Source: Candidatus Aenigmatarchaeota archaeon (lineage in GTDB: Archaea; Aenigmatarchaeota; Aenigmatarchaeia; Aenigmatarchaeales; JACQIB01). From it: DNA of 64,000 nt. How positions within the stretch are numbered: position 1 is the first letter of the stretch; each line of letters starts with the position of its first letter. Shown in pieces: positions 19,792 through 29,459 of the stretch. The notes beneath the pieces were generated by a model, which did no database searches, was not told the origin of the DNA, and saw nothing but the letters and a program-made list of their open reading frames with translations. Where the stretch lies: NCBI GenBank assembly GCA_016198755.1, contig JACQIB010000001.1, positions 64,001 through 128,000 of the forward strand, read 5' to 3'. The position numbers were made by a program, and so were the translations under genes.

Positions 19792-20486
19792 AACTCCATT
19801 TCCAATGTAGCTACACCACTGTCAGGAACCCTTTCTTTATACCCTTTCATATAGTGTTCTGCAAATTCCCTGTCAAATGCCAAACCTAGCAAGTCTGTTA
19901 TACCTGCAGGGTTTCCAAGTGCTGGCACAACCTCCCCTGCCAGTTCTCTTGGAAAGAACATAGAAGCTCCAAAAAATGCATTCCTACCTACATCATCTTT
20001 TCCATGAGTTCCAAATACATTTGCATAGCAGGCTGGCTGTTCCAGTCTGGAATCCCTGCTGGGTTTTGCAAAACTTCCCAACTTTCTCTCTGTAGTGCCA
20101 TAAACAGCAAGAATAGGTGCGTTTGGTCTGGGATGTATAAACTCTCCTTCAGGCGTTCTAATTATTGGATAACCCCCTCTGCTTGAAACTATTGCATCAG
20201 AGGTCCCAGCCTGAGTTCTATATGCAGCTTTCTTTTCCCCAGTAATCATCAGTCCAGGAGCATACTTTCCAACTTCAAATATTGAGTGTTCTTCTCTCGC
20301 AACTTCAATCCCAGGTCCAGCTCGTGTAAGTCCTTCCTTACGCGCACAATCATCATTAGAAACAACATATCTGGGAGAAAATGTCAAAGCTTCCTGTATA
20401 GGAGGCATATTAAGCCCAACTGAGTTGTTACTCGGAACAATCCCAACACCTTCAGATTTATTCCTTCGAGACCAAGGGAAGAACAT
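19788..20486 (-). CDS. hypothetical protein
   Basis: 232-aa ORF with TATA box upstream. Confidence 0.5.
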   Translation of the reverse strand: MFFPWSRRNKSEGVGIVPSNNSVGLNMPPIQEALTFSPRYVVSNDDCARKEGLTRAGPGIEVAREEHSIFEVGKYAPGLMITGEKKAAYRTQAGTSDAIVSSRGGYPIIRTPEGEFIHPRPNAPILAVYGTTERKLGSFAKPSRDSRLEQPACYANVFGTHGKDDVGRNAFFGASMFFPRELAGEVVPALGNPAGITDLLGLAFDREFAEHYMKGYKERVPDSGVATLEMEF

Positions 20487-20495
20487 ATATATTAC

Positions 20496-20516
20496 TACTA
20501 CTAAGTAGTATATAAA
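20496..20516 (-). promoter_or_regulatory. TATA box plus palindromic element (copy 2)
   Basis: Identical to 16799-16819. Confidence 0.6.
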
Positions 20517-20556
20517 TCTACCTGCCTATATAAACCAGCCTAGGAAAATTGTTTGT

Positions 20557-21918
20557 ATGCCCCAGAAACTGAAAAAAGAACTCACACTTTTCACAGCCAC
20601 TCTCTACGGAGTAGGCATTATTTTAGGCGCGGGAATTTACGTGCTAATAGGGCAGGGCGCTGCAATTGCAGGAAATGCTGTATGGTTATCATTTATTTTC
20701 TCTGCTATACTTGCCATTTTTACTGGCCTGAGTTATGCAGAACTTTCAGGCATGTTCCAGAAAGATGCAGCAGAGTATGTGTATACAAACAAAGCTTTCA
20801 AAAAACCTCCAATAGCCTTTGCTGTCCAGTGGATAATGCTTTTTGCAATAATAGTCAGTGCAACAGCTGTTGCAGTCGGCTTTGGAAGCTATTTTTCAGC
20901 GTTATTCAACTTCCAATCTGTTAGTATTTTAGGCGCAGAAATACCTGCCAGCATACCTGTTGCAGCAGCCCTGCTTCTTGCAATGTCTATCCTGAACTAT
21001 ATTGGAATAAGGGAATCAACCAAATACAATATAGTTTCAACTCTAATAGAGAGCAGCGGGCTAATAATTATAATAGCTATAGGCGCGCTTTTCTTTGGTA
21101 AAACTAGTATAGATTATTTTTCTTCCCCAGCAGGAATCCCATCAATTCTTTCAGCAGCAGCTTTGATTTTCTTTGCCTATATTGGCTTTGAGGATCTTGT
21201 AAATTTCTCAGAGGAAACAAAGAACGCGAGAAAAACAATACCGCGCGCCCTTGTACTTTCTATAATAATATCCACAATTCTCTATATTCTGGTTTCTATA
21301 GCTTCTATTACTGTAATTGGTTCAGATGCACTTGCCAGTTCAAAAGCCCCGCTCTCTTCTGTAATGGATGCCGCTTTCCCAAACACTGGTTTTATACTCT
21401 CGATAATAGCTCTTTTCGCAACTTCTAACACTGTTTTGGCGCTGTTAATAGTAGCCTCAAGAATGCTGTATGGTCTTGGCTGTAACAAAATATTGCCTAG
21501 TGTATGTGCAAAAGTTGGAAAGAACGGGACACCCTATATTTCTATAATAGTTGTTATGTTCCTTTCCCTTGCAGCCCTTTTACTCGGAGGTATAAAATCA
21601 ATTGCCTCCTTAACAGACATAGGTATTTTCACAGTGTATATTTTCGTGAATTCGGCCCTGATTTTCCTGCGCTACAGGCTTCCAAATGCACCCCGCACTT
21701 TCCGTTCCCCTATAAACATAGGCAAGTTTCCAGTTCTCGCTCTTTTAGGAATATTAAGCTCAATTCTAATGCTATTCCATTTTGAGTTCAGTATAATGGT
21801 TTACGAGATTGTAATAATAGCTGTTGGAATAATATTCTATCTAAGCATGAAAAAGGCCGGAAAAATCAGCAGCTCATTGCACTGGGGTAGAAAGAAAGCA
21901 TTAAAACACATACCCTAA
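20557..21918 (+). CDS. APC-family amino acid permease
   Basis: GIILGAGIY, SYAELS, FAYIGFE, about 12 TM helices. Confidence 0.92.
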   Translation: MPQKLKKELTLFTATLYGVGIILGAGIYVLIGQGAAIAGNAVWLSFIFSAILAIFTGLSYAELSGMFQKDAAEYVYTNKAFKKPPIAFAVQWIMLFAIIVSATAVAVGFGSYFSALFNFQSVSILGAEIPASIPVAAALLLAMSILNYIGIRESTKYNIVSTLIESSGLIIIIAIGALFFGKTSIDYFSSPAGIPSILSAAALIFFAYIGFEDLVNFSEETKNARKTIPRALVLSIIISTILYILVSIASITVIGSDALASSKAPLSSVMDAAFPNTGFILSIIALFATSNTVLALLIVASRMLYGLGCNKILPSVCAKVGKNGTPYISIIVVMFLSLAALLLGGIKSIASLTDIGIFTVYIFVNSALIFLRYRLPNAPRTFRSPINIGKFPVLALLGILSSILMLFHFEFSIMVYEIVIIAVGIIFYLSMKKAGKISSSLHWGRKKALKHIP

Positions 21919-22262
21919 CCGCTGAAATTTGAGCATTCTGTGCATGGAGCCTTTAAACAATTTTCTGCAGCAAATCTGTGTTTTACACCCCATTTCTTAA
22001 ATTCCATAACAATACCCTGCAGTTCTTTGCCCTTTTCTGTCAGAGAATAAACATCGGTTTCTCTGGCTTTTGATAATTTCCTGATAAGTCCGGATTTCTC
22101 AAGTTCCCTAAGCCTCATGGAAAGAATTCTTGGCGTCATATCTTTCGATCTTCCTAAGAACCTGTTAAAACCATCGAATTTACCATATGCAATCTCTTCG
22201 AACACTGGAAGCGACCATTTCTTCCCGAAAATATGTGTAAGTCCTGAAATCATACAACCCAT
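21915..22262 (-). CDS. HxlR-family transcriptional regulator
   Basis: GKKWSL, TPRILSMRLRELE, YSLTEKG. Confidence 0.9.
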   Translation of the reverse strand: MGCMISGLTHIFGKKWSLPVFEEIAYGKFDGFNRFLGRSKDMTPRILSMRLRELEKSGLIRKLSKARETDVYSLTEKGKELQGIVMEFKKWGVKHRFAAENCLKAPCTECSNFSG

Positions 22263-22325
22263 GCAATAACCCTATATAAATGTATACCAACCTCAATTTA
22301 AATGTATTATGGAAGTGTTATAATT

Positions 22326-22706
22326 ATGGCTTTTTACAAGTGGGTTCTGTTAGCAGGAGTTATTGTTATTGCTGTGGCTTCTATAGCCCTTGTTTTCGGC
22401 GGCGTAACACCCACAGCTAACGCATCCCTATATGATGATTTTGCAAAATGTTTGAATGAAAAAGGAGTTAAAATGTACGGGGCATTCTGGTGTTCCCACT
22501 GTAACAACCAAAAAGCACTTTTCGGAAGCAGCTGGAGTTACATGAACTATATAGAATGCTCAAATGCAGACAGCAGCCAGAATAAAGTCTGCTCTGAAGC
22601 AGGCATAACAGGCTATCCAACATGGGAACTTCCAAACGGGCAGAGAATGCAGGGCGAGCTCACACTCGATCAATTGAGCAAGCTTTCCAACTGTACTTTA
22701 AGGTAA
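22326..22706 (+). CDS. membrane-anchored thioredoxin-like protein (VKOR-partner type)
   Basis: MYGAFWCSHC..QK.LFG, GITGYPTW. Confidence 0.85.
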   Translation: MAFYKWVLLAGVIVIAVASIALVFGGVTPTANASLYDDFAKCLNEKGVKMYGAFWCSHCNNQKALFGSSWSYMNYIECSNADSSQNKVCSEAGITGYPTWELPNGQRMQGELTLDQLSKLSNCTLR

Positions 22707-22710
22707 TGAT

Positions 22711-23316
22711 ATGGAAACCACGAAAATAATTTTTTTATCCATTATTTTTGGCGCTTTAGCTGGCGCTGCTGTAGCTTTCTCTATTTTAAGTTTTCCATCC
22801 CAACCCAGCCAGAATGAGCTGATAAAGGATTTCTATTTAACAGAGAATGCGGCCCATTTTTCCCCCCACTCTCTCAGGAAAATGATGGATAAAGGGGATA
22901 CAGGCTTTATTTTAGTGGATTTGCGCAGCCAAGAGGAGTATGAAAAAGAACACATTATTGGGGCAGTAAGCATACCAGCCTATAAAGATAAGGACACTTC
23001 AGACTATGGTGCAGTGGACAGGATTGTGGGGAATTTTTCATCCCTCCCAAAAAACAAGGATATAATTGTTTATTGTTATAGCATCCCCTGCATGACAGGG
23101 AGGAAGGTTGGAAAAATTCTTGCTGAACATGATATATTTGTAAAGCAGCTGGGAATCGGCTGGAACGAATGGAGGTATGACTGGACTGGCTGGAACCATG
23201 AACACGAATGGAACATAACAAATGTTTCAAATTATGTTTTCTCCGGCCCAGAGCCAGGAATTCCAAAGAAATCCAATAGCACAGCCTGTCCAATAGAAGG
23301 CCAGTTAGGCTGCTAA
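22711..23316 (+). CDS. rhodanese-like domain protein
   Basis: LVDLR..EY..EHI.GA, IVYC. Confidence 0.85.
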   Translation: METTKIIFLSIIFGALAGAAVAFSILSFPSQPSQNELIKDFYLTENAAHFSPHSLRKMMDKGDTGFILVDLRSQEEYEKEHIIGAVSIPAYKDKDTSDYGAVDRIVGNFSSLPKNKDIIVYCYSIPCMTGRKVGKILAEHDIFVKQLGIGWNEWRYDWTGWNHEHEWNITNVSNYVFSGPEPGIPKKSNSTACPIEGQLGC

Positions 23317-23343
23317 AAACCTTTATATCTTCGCTCAGCGTTA

Positions 23344-23742
23344 ATGGTGCGCATGGAAACACGCACTGCAATTAAAACCCTGAAAGAGGGAAAGTATTGT
23401 GTTCTTGACGGGGAGCCCTGCAAAGTTTTAGATGTTACAATTTCTGCTTCAGGTAAGCATGGTGCAGCAAAAGTAAGGCTGGAAGTTATCGGTATTTTTG
23501 ATAATAGAAGGAGATCCATAGTAAAACCTGCTGACACTGAAGTTGAGGTTCCTATAATAGAAAAGAAGACTGGGCAGGTTGTAGCCATAACTCCAGACTC
23601 AGCCCAGATAATGGATCTTGAGAACTATGAAACTTTTGAAAGCCCAATACCCGAAGAATTAAAGGGAAAACTGCAGCAGGGTGGAGAAGTGCAGTATTGG
23701 ATACTTACAGGAAAGAAAATGCTTGTTTCAGCGCGCAATTAA
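23344..23742 (+). CDS. eif5a: translation factor aIF-5A
   Basis: SGKHGAAK hypusine motif. Confidence 0.95.
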   Translation: MVRMETRTAIKTLKEGKYCVLDGEPCKVLDVTISASGKHGAAKVRLEVIGIFDNRRRSIVKPADTEVEVPIIEKKTGQVVAITPDSAQIMDLENYETFESPIPEELKGKLQQGGEVQYWILTGKKMLVSARN

Positions 23743-23983
23743 TTTCTATATTTTTAGAAAAATCCAATTAACATTATAGCTCAACAAAAGCCCACGACAA
23801 ATGCCGTAAGCAGAAAAATTTACTTCTCCCGTATAACCTTGAGCTTCTCAGAGCCGGACTTTATCTCTGAAAATGCCCTATCGTAATCATCTACCATATT
23901 TACTCACTCAGTAGAGTAAATATTACGTCCTATACCTTTATAAAGCTTTCCGCGTTGACAAACCCTATATTATAGTGTCAACT

Positions 23984-24385
23984 CTATTTTAGAATAGAAA
24001 GCCCAGTCCAGAGCTTGTTTGCATCCATGTTCTCTGCTCCGGGAAAGGGCAAAAGGTTCACGAAAATAAGTATAGCAAAAATAACTGAAAATAGTGCAAC
24101 CTCCTCATGTCTTTCTATCCATGGACCAGCAGCAATAAAAAGAAGGAAAATAGTTGGAAGTATTGTTGCCCCAATGATAACAAGCATATCCTGCCCAACA
24201 ATGCCGCCCAAATGCTTAACACCTATGCTCATACCTAAAATGCCGGAGGTTGAAGACTGGCTGCCTATAACAAAACTCGGGCCCAAGTTAAGTGCATATG
24301 CAACAGCATAATGTCCAAATTCATGAAGGAGAACATAACTTGCTGCTGCAAGAAGAATTACAGCAATTTTAATAGCAAACCCCAT
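23984..24385 (-). CDS. M50-like membrane metalloprotease domain protein
   Basis: HEFGH, NLLPF...D. Confidence 0.6.
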   Translation of the reverse strand: MGFAIKIAVILLAAASYVLLHEFGHYAVAYALNLGPSFVIGSQSSTSGILGMSIGVKHLGGIVGQDMLVIIGATILPTIFLLFIAAGPWIERHEEVALFSVIFAILIFVNLLPFPGAENMDANKLWTGLSILK

Positions 24386-24459
24386 AGGAAAATTTTGGGG
24401 TCTGAAAGCTTAAATACCCATCCAGAAGGGATTTAAACCCGCAAATCAAAAGTAATGGA

Positions 24460-25053
24460 ATGGACTATAAAATAGAAGAGGAAAAACTTGTCTTTTTCGC
24501 GTTCACTCTTGCTATTATTTTACTGTTTTTCTTCTCTCTAACTCCCCAACCCTTTTCAGCAGCTTCCCCAACCCTGTTTTCAGCCTTATTTTTCCAGTTT
24601 TTCCATTTTTCAGCAACCCACCTACTGGAAAATATTGTCGGGCTTTCAATGGTTGTTATACTCTCAATAGAGATGAAGCTGAAATTTAAAGAGTTTGCTC
24701 TTTTTTATCTGGCAGGAGTTTACATAGCTCTTCCACTTTCCTTTTTCTTTCCGGCAGCAGCAATAGCAGGCTCTTCCACAGGCATTTATGCTGTGCTGGC
24801 CGCAACCTTGGTAAAGGGAAAGAAATACCTCTCATGGAAGATACTTATTCCCTCATTCGCGGTTTTTGCATTCTCGGGAACAATAATCTCTTTTTTTTCC
24901 GGTTCCTTTTCTTTAGCCCTTCCGGATTTGTTCCATTTGGCAGGTTTCCTTGCCGGTGCAGTTTTATTTGAGTTTATTCACCAACGCCTGCCTGAGGCTT
25001 TGCGGCAAGCAGAAAAGCAACTTTTTCAATCAGCTTATGCTCATAAGTTATAA
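24460..25053 (+). CDS. rhomboid-family intramembrane protease
   Basis: H...HLLEN, AGSSTG, HLAGFLAG. Confidence 0.7.
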   Translation: MDYKIEEEKLVFFAFTLAIILLFFFSLTPQPFSAASPTLFSALFFQFFHFSATHLLENIVGLSMVVILSIEMKLKFKEFALFYLAGVYIALPLSFFFPAAAIAGSSTGIYAVLAATLVKGKKYLSWKILIPSFAVFAFSGTIISFFSGSFSLALPDLFHLAGFLAGAVLFEFIHQRLPEALRQAEKQLFQSAYAHKL

Positions 25054-25405
25054 GGTCAGAAGCAGTAACAATTCCAACCAATTCACCCTCCTTTATAACA
25101 GGAAGCTTTTTTATCCTGTATTTTGCCATAACTTCTGCAGCTTCCTCCAAACTTATTCCAGGTTCAATAGCAACTATATCCGTGCTCATTATATCCTTTA
25201 CAAAAACCTCCTCAGCCAGCAAATTTTTCTCTGCAACTCCCTTCAGAACGTCCCTTTCTGTCATAATCCCTGCAACCCTCCCGCTGGGCTCTACAACAAT
25301 CAAACAACCTATACCAAACTTATTCATTATTTTAACAGCTTCCAGAACAGTAGAATCAGGCCTGCAGGTCTTTACATTTTTCTTCATTATATCTTCAATA
25401 ATCAT
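24974..25405 (-). CDS. CBS-domain pair protein
   Basis: Two CBS repeats (GIMTERD, GIVTASD). Confidence 0.9.
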   Translation of the reverse strand: MIIEDIMKKNVKTCRPDSTVLEAVKIMNKFGIGCLIVVEPSGRVAGIMTERDVLKGVAEKNLLAEEVFVKDIMSTDIVAIEPGISLEEAAEVMAKYRIKKLPVIKEGELVGIVTASDLITYEHKLIEKVAFLLAAKPQAGVGE

Positions 25406-25442
25406 AGAGAAGTCTTATATCAGCCAGAATTTATGCCTTTGC

Positions 25443-26096
25443 TCAGCGCTTTCCCCTAAACTTCTTTGTATAGTCCTTTGCAAGCTCCCCGAAAGAATCC
25501 TTCAATCCAAGCCCGATTGCTATTGCCAATCCCAAGCCTATTGAACCTATTATAACAAGCAAAATGTTGTTCACAAGCTCTGCATTTACACCCAACAGCG
25601 GGAGAGCCAAGGCAATTGAAATGTAAAGGGTTAAAAAGAAAATAACCTTCCCAACCATGTCTGAATAGACTGTCCTTGAGCTTACAATCCTGTCCTTTAT
25701 GTAAGTTGCAACAATATACCCTGCGATTATGAACAATCCAGCTCCTATTGCACTATATACAAATTCTATTACTTTCGTTACAAACACTGTTATGCCTGCG
25801 TTGCCCAAAACAGCAGCAGCTAAAGTTATGAAAAATAAATATACAAGCCAGCGTGCAATAACATCCCCTACAACAGAAAGCTTAATGTTTAGCTTCTCTT
25901 CCTCAGCCAGCCACTTATCCAGCTTTATTCTTCCTATAACATTATAAACAACCCATCCGGCAACCCTTCCAAGAACAAATCCAATACCAAGTGTTATTAT
26001 AGCCCCTATAACAAGTGGGATGGAAGTTGCAGCAGCCTGTAAAATAGCAGAAGGTATCTGAACCAATGAATCAGCAACTATGGTTTCAAGAGCCAC
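25443..26096 (-). CDS. MscS-type conserved TM-helix repeat protein
   Basis: Repeated TM helices ending LAIAIGLGLKD. Confidence 0.65.
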   Translation of the reverse strand: MALETIVADSLVQIPSAILQAAATSIPLVIGAIITLGIGFVLGRVAGWVVYNVIGRIKLDKWLAEEEKLNIKLSVVGDVIARWLVYLFFITLAAAVLGNAGITVFVTKVIEFVYSAIGAGLFIIAGYIVATYIKDRIVSSRTVYSDMVGKVIFFLTLYISIALALPLLGVNAELVNNILLVIIGSIGLGLAIAIGLGLKDSFGELAKDYTKKFRGKR

Positions 26097-26141
26097 ATTA
26101 TCACGTGCACTTTATTTATACAGGTCCACTATATAAACCTT

Positions 26142-27521
26142 ATGGCAGTCACCGGAAAAGTCATTAAAGCAGCCCTAAAAAAGGTCGAACCCTCCGAAGT
26201 AGAAAAAAAGGCAATGGAAGCTTTCAAAGCCCGCGCTCTTTCTGCTGCACATAAGTTATCAGGCTTTAAACCGCAGCTTTGCGGTTCTGCTGAGAAAGGG
26301 ACATGGCTTCCAGGGAAGCTTGAAATTGATCTTTTCCTTCTTTTCCCAACCTCACTTGAAAGGAAAGGGCTTGAAAAGCAGGGTCTGGAGGCTGCCAAAA
26401 AGATAATAAAGGCTTTGAAAGGAAAACCCATTGTAGCTTACGCAGAGCACCCATATGCGCGCTCAAGCTTAAACTTTTCAGGCAGAAAGTTTGAGATAGA
26501 TGTTGTTCCAGCTTATGAAATTTCAGATCCTTCAGCAATCCAGTCTGCTGTTGACAGAACACCTCATCATGTAGTTTTTGTAAAGAAAAACCTCTCAAAA
26601 GAACAGGAAGCTGAAGTCAGGCTTTTGAAGCAATTCTGCAAAACAGCAGGCTGCTATGGAGCTGACCTGAAAACACAGGGATTCTCCGGCTATTTGTGCG
26701 AGCTGCTTATAGTAAAATTTGGATCTTTCAGTTCTGTAATAAAGGCTGCTGCCGGCTGGAGTGCTGGCGCAAAAGTTTCCTTATCCAACTCCCAAAAACA
26801 GTTCCATACACCACTTACAATAATAGACCCCGTAGATTCAAACAGGAACGTTGCAGCAGCTGTATCTCCCCAAAGCCTTTATACTTTTTCCAAAGCCTGC
26901 TCAGCCTTCCTTAAAATCCCCTCAATAAAATACTTTTCATCTGATCCTGCAAAACCCTATTCTGTAAAGGAAGTAAAGCGTGCAATTTCTTCCCGCGGAA
27001 CACGCCCCTATCTCTTCCTTTTTCCAAAGCCTAAAAATATTCTGGATGATGTGCTCTATACACAGGGAAGGAAAACACTCAGAAATCTTGAAAAGCTGCT
27101 TTCAGCTGCAGGGTTTTCTTTCCATTCAGGTGACATTTTTGTTTCCCCCACTGATATATCATTTTTCCTTGAAATTTCTGTCTGGTCTGTCCCGCGTATA
27201 ATAAAACATAAAGGTCCAAGCATTTACTCAAAACAGTCTAAAGATTTCCTAAATCACTATTCAAAAAACAGGCTCTGGATAGAGGGGGATGACTGGTTTG
27301 TAGAAACTGAAAGAGCTCATACAGCACCGCTTCCATTTTTCAAATATTTATTTTCTCTTTCACAGGAAAAGCTATCACAAAAGGGAATACCAAGCAACTT
27401 TTCCAAAACCCCAAAAATATTTTCAGGTATAAATATATTAAAACCTCTTGAAAAGAGGGAAGACCTGCGCCTTTTCCTGCGCAATTACTTTGAAACAAAC
27501 TTTAACCCTTATGGTGGTTGA
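26142..27521 (+). CDS. cca: CCA-adding enzyme (class I)
   Basis: GS.EKGTWL, YAEHPY, SAVDRTP.H, GFSGYLCELL, DPVD. Confidence 0.95.
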   Translation: MAVTGKVIKAALKKVEPSEVEKKAMEAFKARALSAAHKLSGFKPQLCGSAEKGTWLPGKLEIDLFLLFPTSLERKGLEKQGLEAAKKIIKALKGKPIVAYAEHPYARSSLNFSGRKFEIDVVPAYEISDPSAIQSAVDRTPHHVVFVKKNLSKEQEAEVRLLKQFCKTAGCYGADLKTQGFSGYLCELLIVKFGSFSSVIKAAAGWSAGAKVSLSNSQKQFHTPLTIIDPVDSNRNVAAAVSPQSLYTFSKACSAFLKIPSIKYFSSDPAKPYSVKEVKRAISSRGTRPYLFLFPKPKNILDDVLYTQGRKTLRNLEKLLSAAGFSFHSGDIFVSPTDISFFLEISVWSVPRIIKHKGPSIYSKQSKDFLNHYSKNRLWIEGDDWFVETERAHTAPLPFFKYLFSLSQEKLSQKGIPSNFSKTPKIFSGINILKPLEKREDLRLFLRNYFETNFNPYGG

Positions 27522-28415
27522 TTGACTCAGATAGATGTTGTTATACTTGGTTCAGGTTCAGCAATTCCCACACCTGAGCGCGGCCACCCGTCAACCCTTC
27601 TTAACCGCTCAGGTGAGCTTTACCTTTTCGACTGCGGTGAAGGAACACAGACAAGAGTAAGGAAAGCAGGTTACAATCCCCAGAAAATAAAATCCATATT
27701 CATTTCCCACTGGCATGCAGATCATTTTTCAGGTCTACTCCCTCTGTTTGAAACATTGAATCTTTTAAACAGAAAAGAACCACTCACAATTTTCGGACCG
27801 CAGGCAGAGAGGTTTGTTTCAGATCTTTTTGATTTAAGCTATTACTCCGTAGGTTTTCCACTCCGCGCAATAAACTGCTCTCTCGAGTCTCCACAAAAAT
27901 TAGTAAGCACATTAGAGTACGATATTTTCTCAGTTCCTGTAAAACATTCTGTCCCAGCAGTTGGCTATTTTTTCAAGGAAAAGGAAAGATGGAACCTTTC
28001 TTCCAAAAAGCTAAAAACTTTTGGCCTGAAACCCTCTCCCCTGCTGCAGGAGCTAAAAGAGAAAGGAAAAATTGTTTTCAATAGCAAAAAAATCCTGCTG
28101 AAACAGGTTGCAGAAAAAACAGAGGGTAGGAGCTTTGCCTATTCAGGCGATACCCAGCCATTCAAGCCATTTTTCAAGTTTATTTCAGGCTGTGATTTGT
28201 TAATCCACGATTCAACTTTCCTGGAACCTGTTCCAACCAAGTCCCACAGCTCAGCAGCTGAAGCAGCCAAGCTTTCAAAGCAATATAAAATAAAAAGGCT
28301 TGTCTTATCCCACTTTAGCCAGCGCTACAAATCAGAAAAGGAATTGCTGCGCGCAGCAAAGAAAGTTTTCCCCAGAACAATAGCAGCCTTTGACGGATTA
28401 AAACTTTTCATATAG
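27522..28415 (+). CDS. rnz: ribonuclease Z
   Basis: DCGEGTQ, HWHADH, YSGDT, HFSQRY. Confidence 0.95.
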   Translation: MTQIDVVILGSGSAIPTPERGHPSTLLNRSGELYLFDCGEGTQTRVRKAGYNPQKIKSIFISHWHADHFSGLLPLFETLNLLNRKEPLTIFGPQAERFVSDLFDLSYYSVGFPLRAINCSLESPQKLVSTLEYDIFSVPVKHSVPAVGYFFKEKERWNLSSKKLKTFGLKPSPLLQELKEKGKIVFNSKKILLKQVAEKTEGRSFAYSGDTQPFKPFFKFISGCDLLIHDSTFLEPVPTKSHSSAAEAAKLSKQYKIKRLVLSHFSQRYKSEKELLRAAKKVFPRTIAAFDGLKLFI

Positions 28416-28493
28416 GTTTGCTCCTGCAGTGACAAAAATTCATCCATATTATGGAGGTTTATAAGAGAAAATATTGTCACATCCAGCGTATGG

Positions 28494-28874
28494 TTACTTC
28501 TTGATCAAAACCGCGTTCACAATACCATGCTGGGTTGGTCTGCTTGTTACTTTAGCTAATCCGGCTTCAGTTTCTATAACAGCCCCCATTGTTATAATGT
28601 TCATTCTTACAAAGTGCGGGTTCGCAGGATTTTCTTTTACAGTTATTATTTTGGCTTTCTGTGCTTTTTTTGTCTCCGGATTCAGTACATTTGCAATCTC
28701 AACCTGGTGCAAAGAAAACTTGCTCCCTCCCCCATAGGTTTTCTTTTCAGCTCTCTTCTCCTTCCCTATCTTAACAGGGACAAAATCACTGCCTATATTC
28801 ATCTTCTTCTTTTTGCTCAGTTTTCTGTAAAGCCCTCCTGTAGGCTTCCTGTTAGCCTTCCCATGATACAACAT
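28494..28874 (-). CDS. rps8e: 30S ribosomal protein S8e
   Basis: RKPTGG, NPANPHF, AKVTSRP.QHG. Confidence 0.95.
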   Translation of the reverse strand: MLYHGKANRKPTGGLYRKLSKKKKMNIGSDFVPVKIGKEKRAEKKTYGGGSKFSLHQVEIANVLNPETKKAQKAKIITVKENPANPHFVRMNIITMGAVIETEAGLAKVTSRPTQHGIVNAVLIKK

Positions 28875-28978
28875 ACTCTTTTTCCCTTGTTCAACGTATT
28901 TAAACCTTTCCAGACCCAGCAGGCTTTATATAGAAGTAGGCCAATTCTTAATTAAGGTTTTTTAATTTGGGTGTTTGA

Positions 28979-29215
28979 GTGACAACAGCAAATAACAGCA
29001 GGCCATTGGATGTTCTTGACAAAGCTAAAGGAAACAAAGTTATAATAAAGTTGAAAGGTGGAACAGAAGTTACAGGTCTTCTTCAAGCTTTCGATTTGCA
29101 TTTAAACATCTGGCTGGAAGGAGCAGAAGAAAGAACAGCAGATAAAACAATAAAGCTTGGCTCCACTCTGGTTCGCGGAGATACTATAATTCTGATTTCT
29201 CCTGCCTCTGAGTAA
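28979..29215 (+). CDS. Sm-like protein (Lsm)
   Basis: FDLHLN, VRGD. Confidence 0.92.
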   Translation: MTTANNSRPLDVLDKAKGNKVIIKLKGGTEVTGLLQAFDLHLNIWLEGAEERTADKTIKLGSTLVRGDTIILISPASE

Positions 29216-29262
29216 ACCTTTTAATACCTTCTCTCCCTCTATTTAGCCAATAGGTTTTGGTT

Positions 29263-29448
29263 ATGGCAAAGGGAACACCCTCAATGGGAAAAAGGAACAA
29301 GATAACCCATATACGCTGTCGCAGATGCGGACTTCATGGTTATCACATTAGAAAGAAACAGTGCTCCCACTGCGGTTTTCCTTCAGCCCGCTTAAGGAAA
29401 TTTGGTTGGCAATGGAAACAGGTTCTTGGGAGAGCCCGCACCCGTTAA
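29263..29448 (+). CDS. rpl37e: 50S ribosomal protein L37e
   Basis: KGTPSMGKRN..HIRCRRCG..CSHCGF. Confidence 0.95.
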   Translation: MAKGTPSMGKRNKITHIRCRRCGLHGYHIRKKQCSHCGFPSARLRKFGWQWKQVLGRARTR

Positions 29449-29459
29449 GGCGTGGTTAA

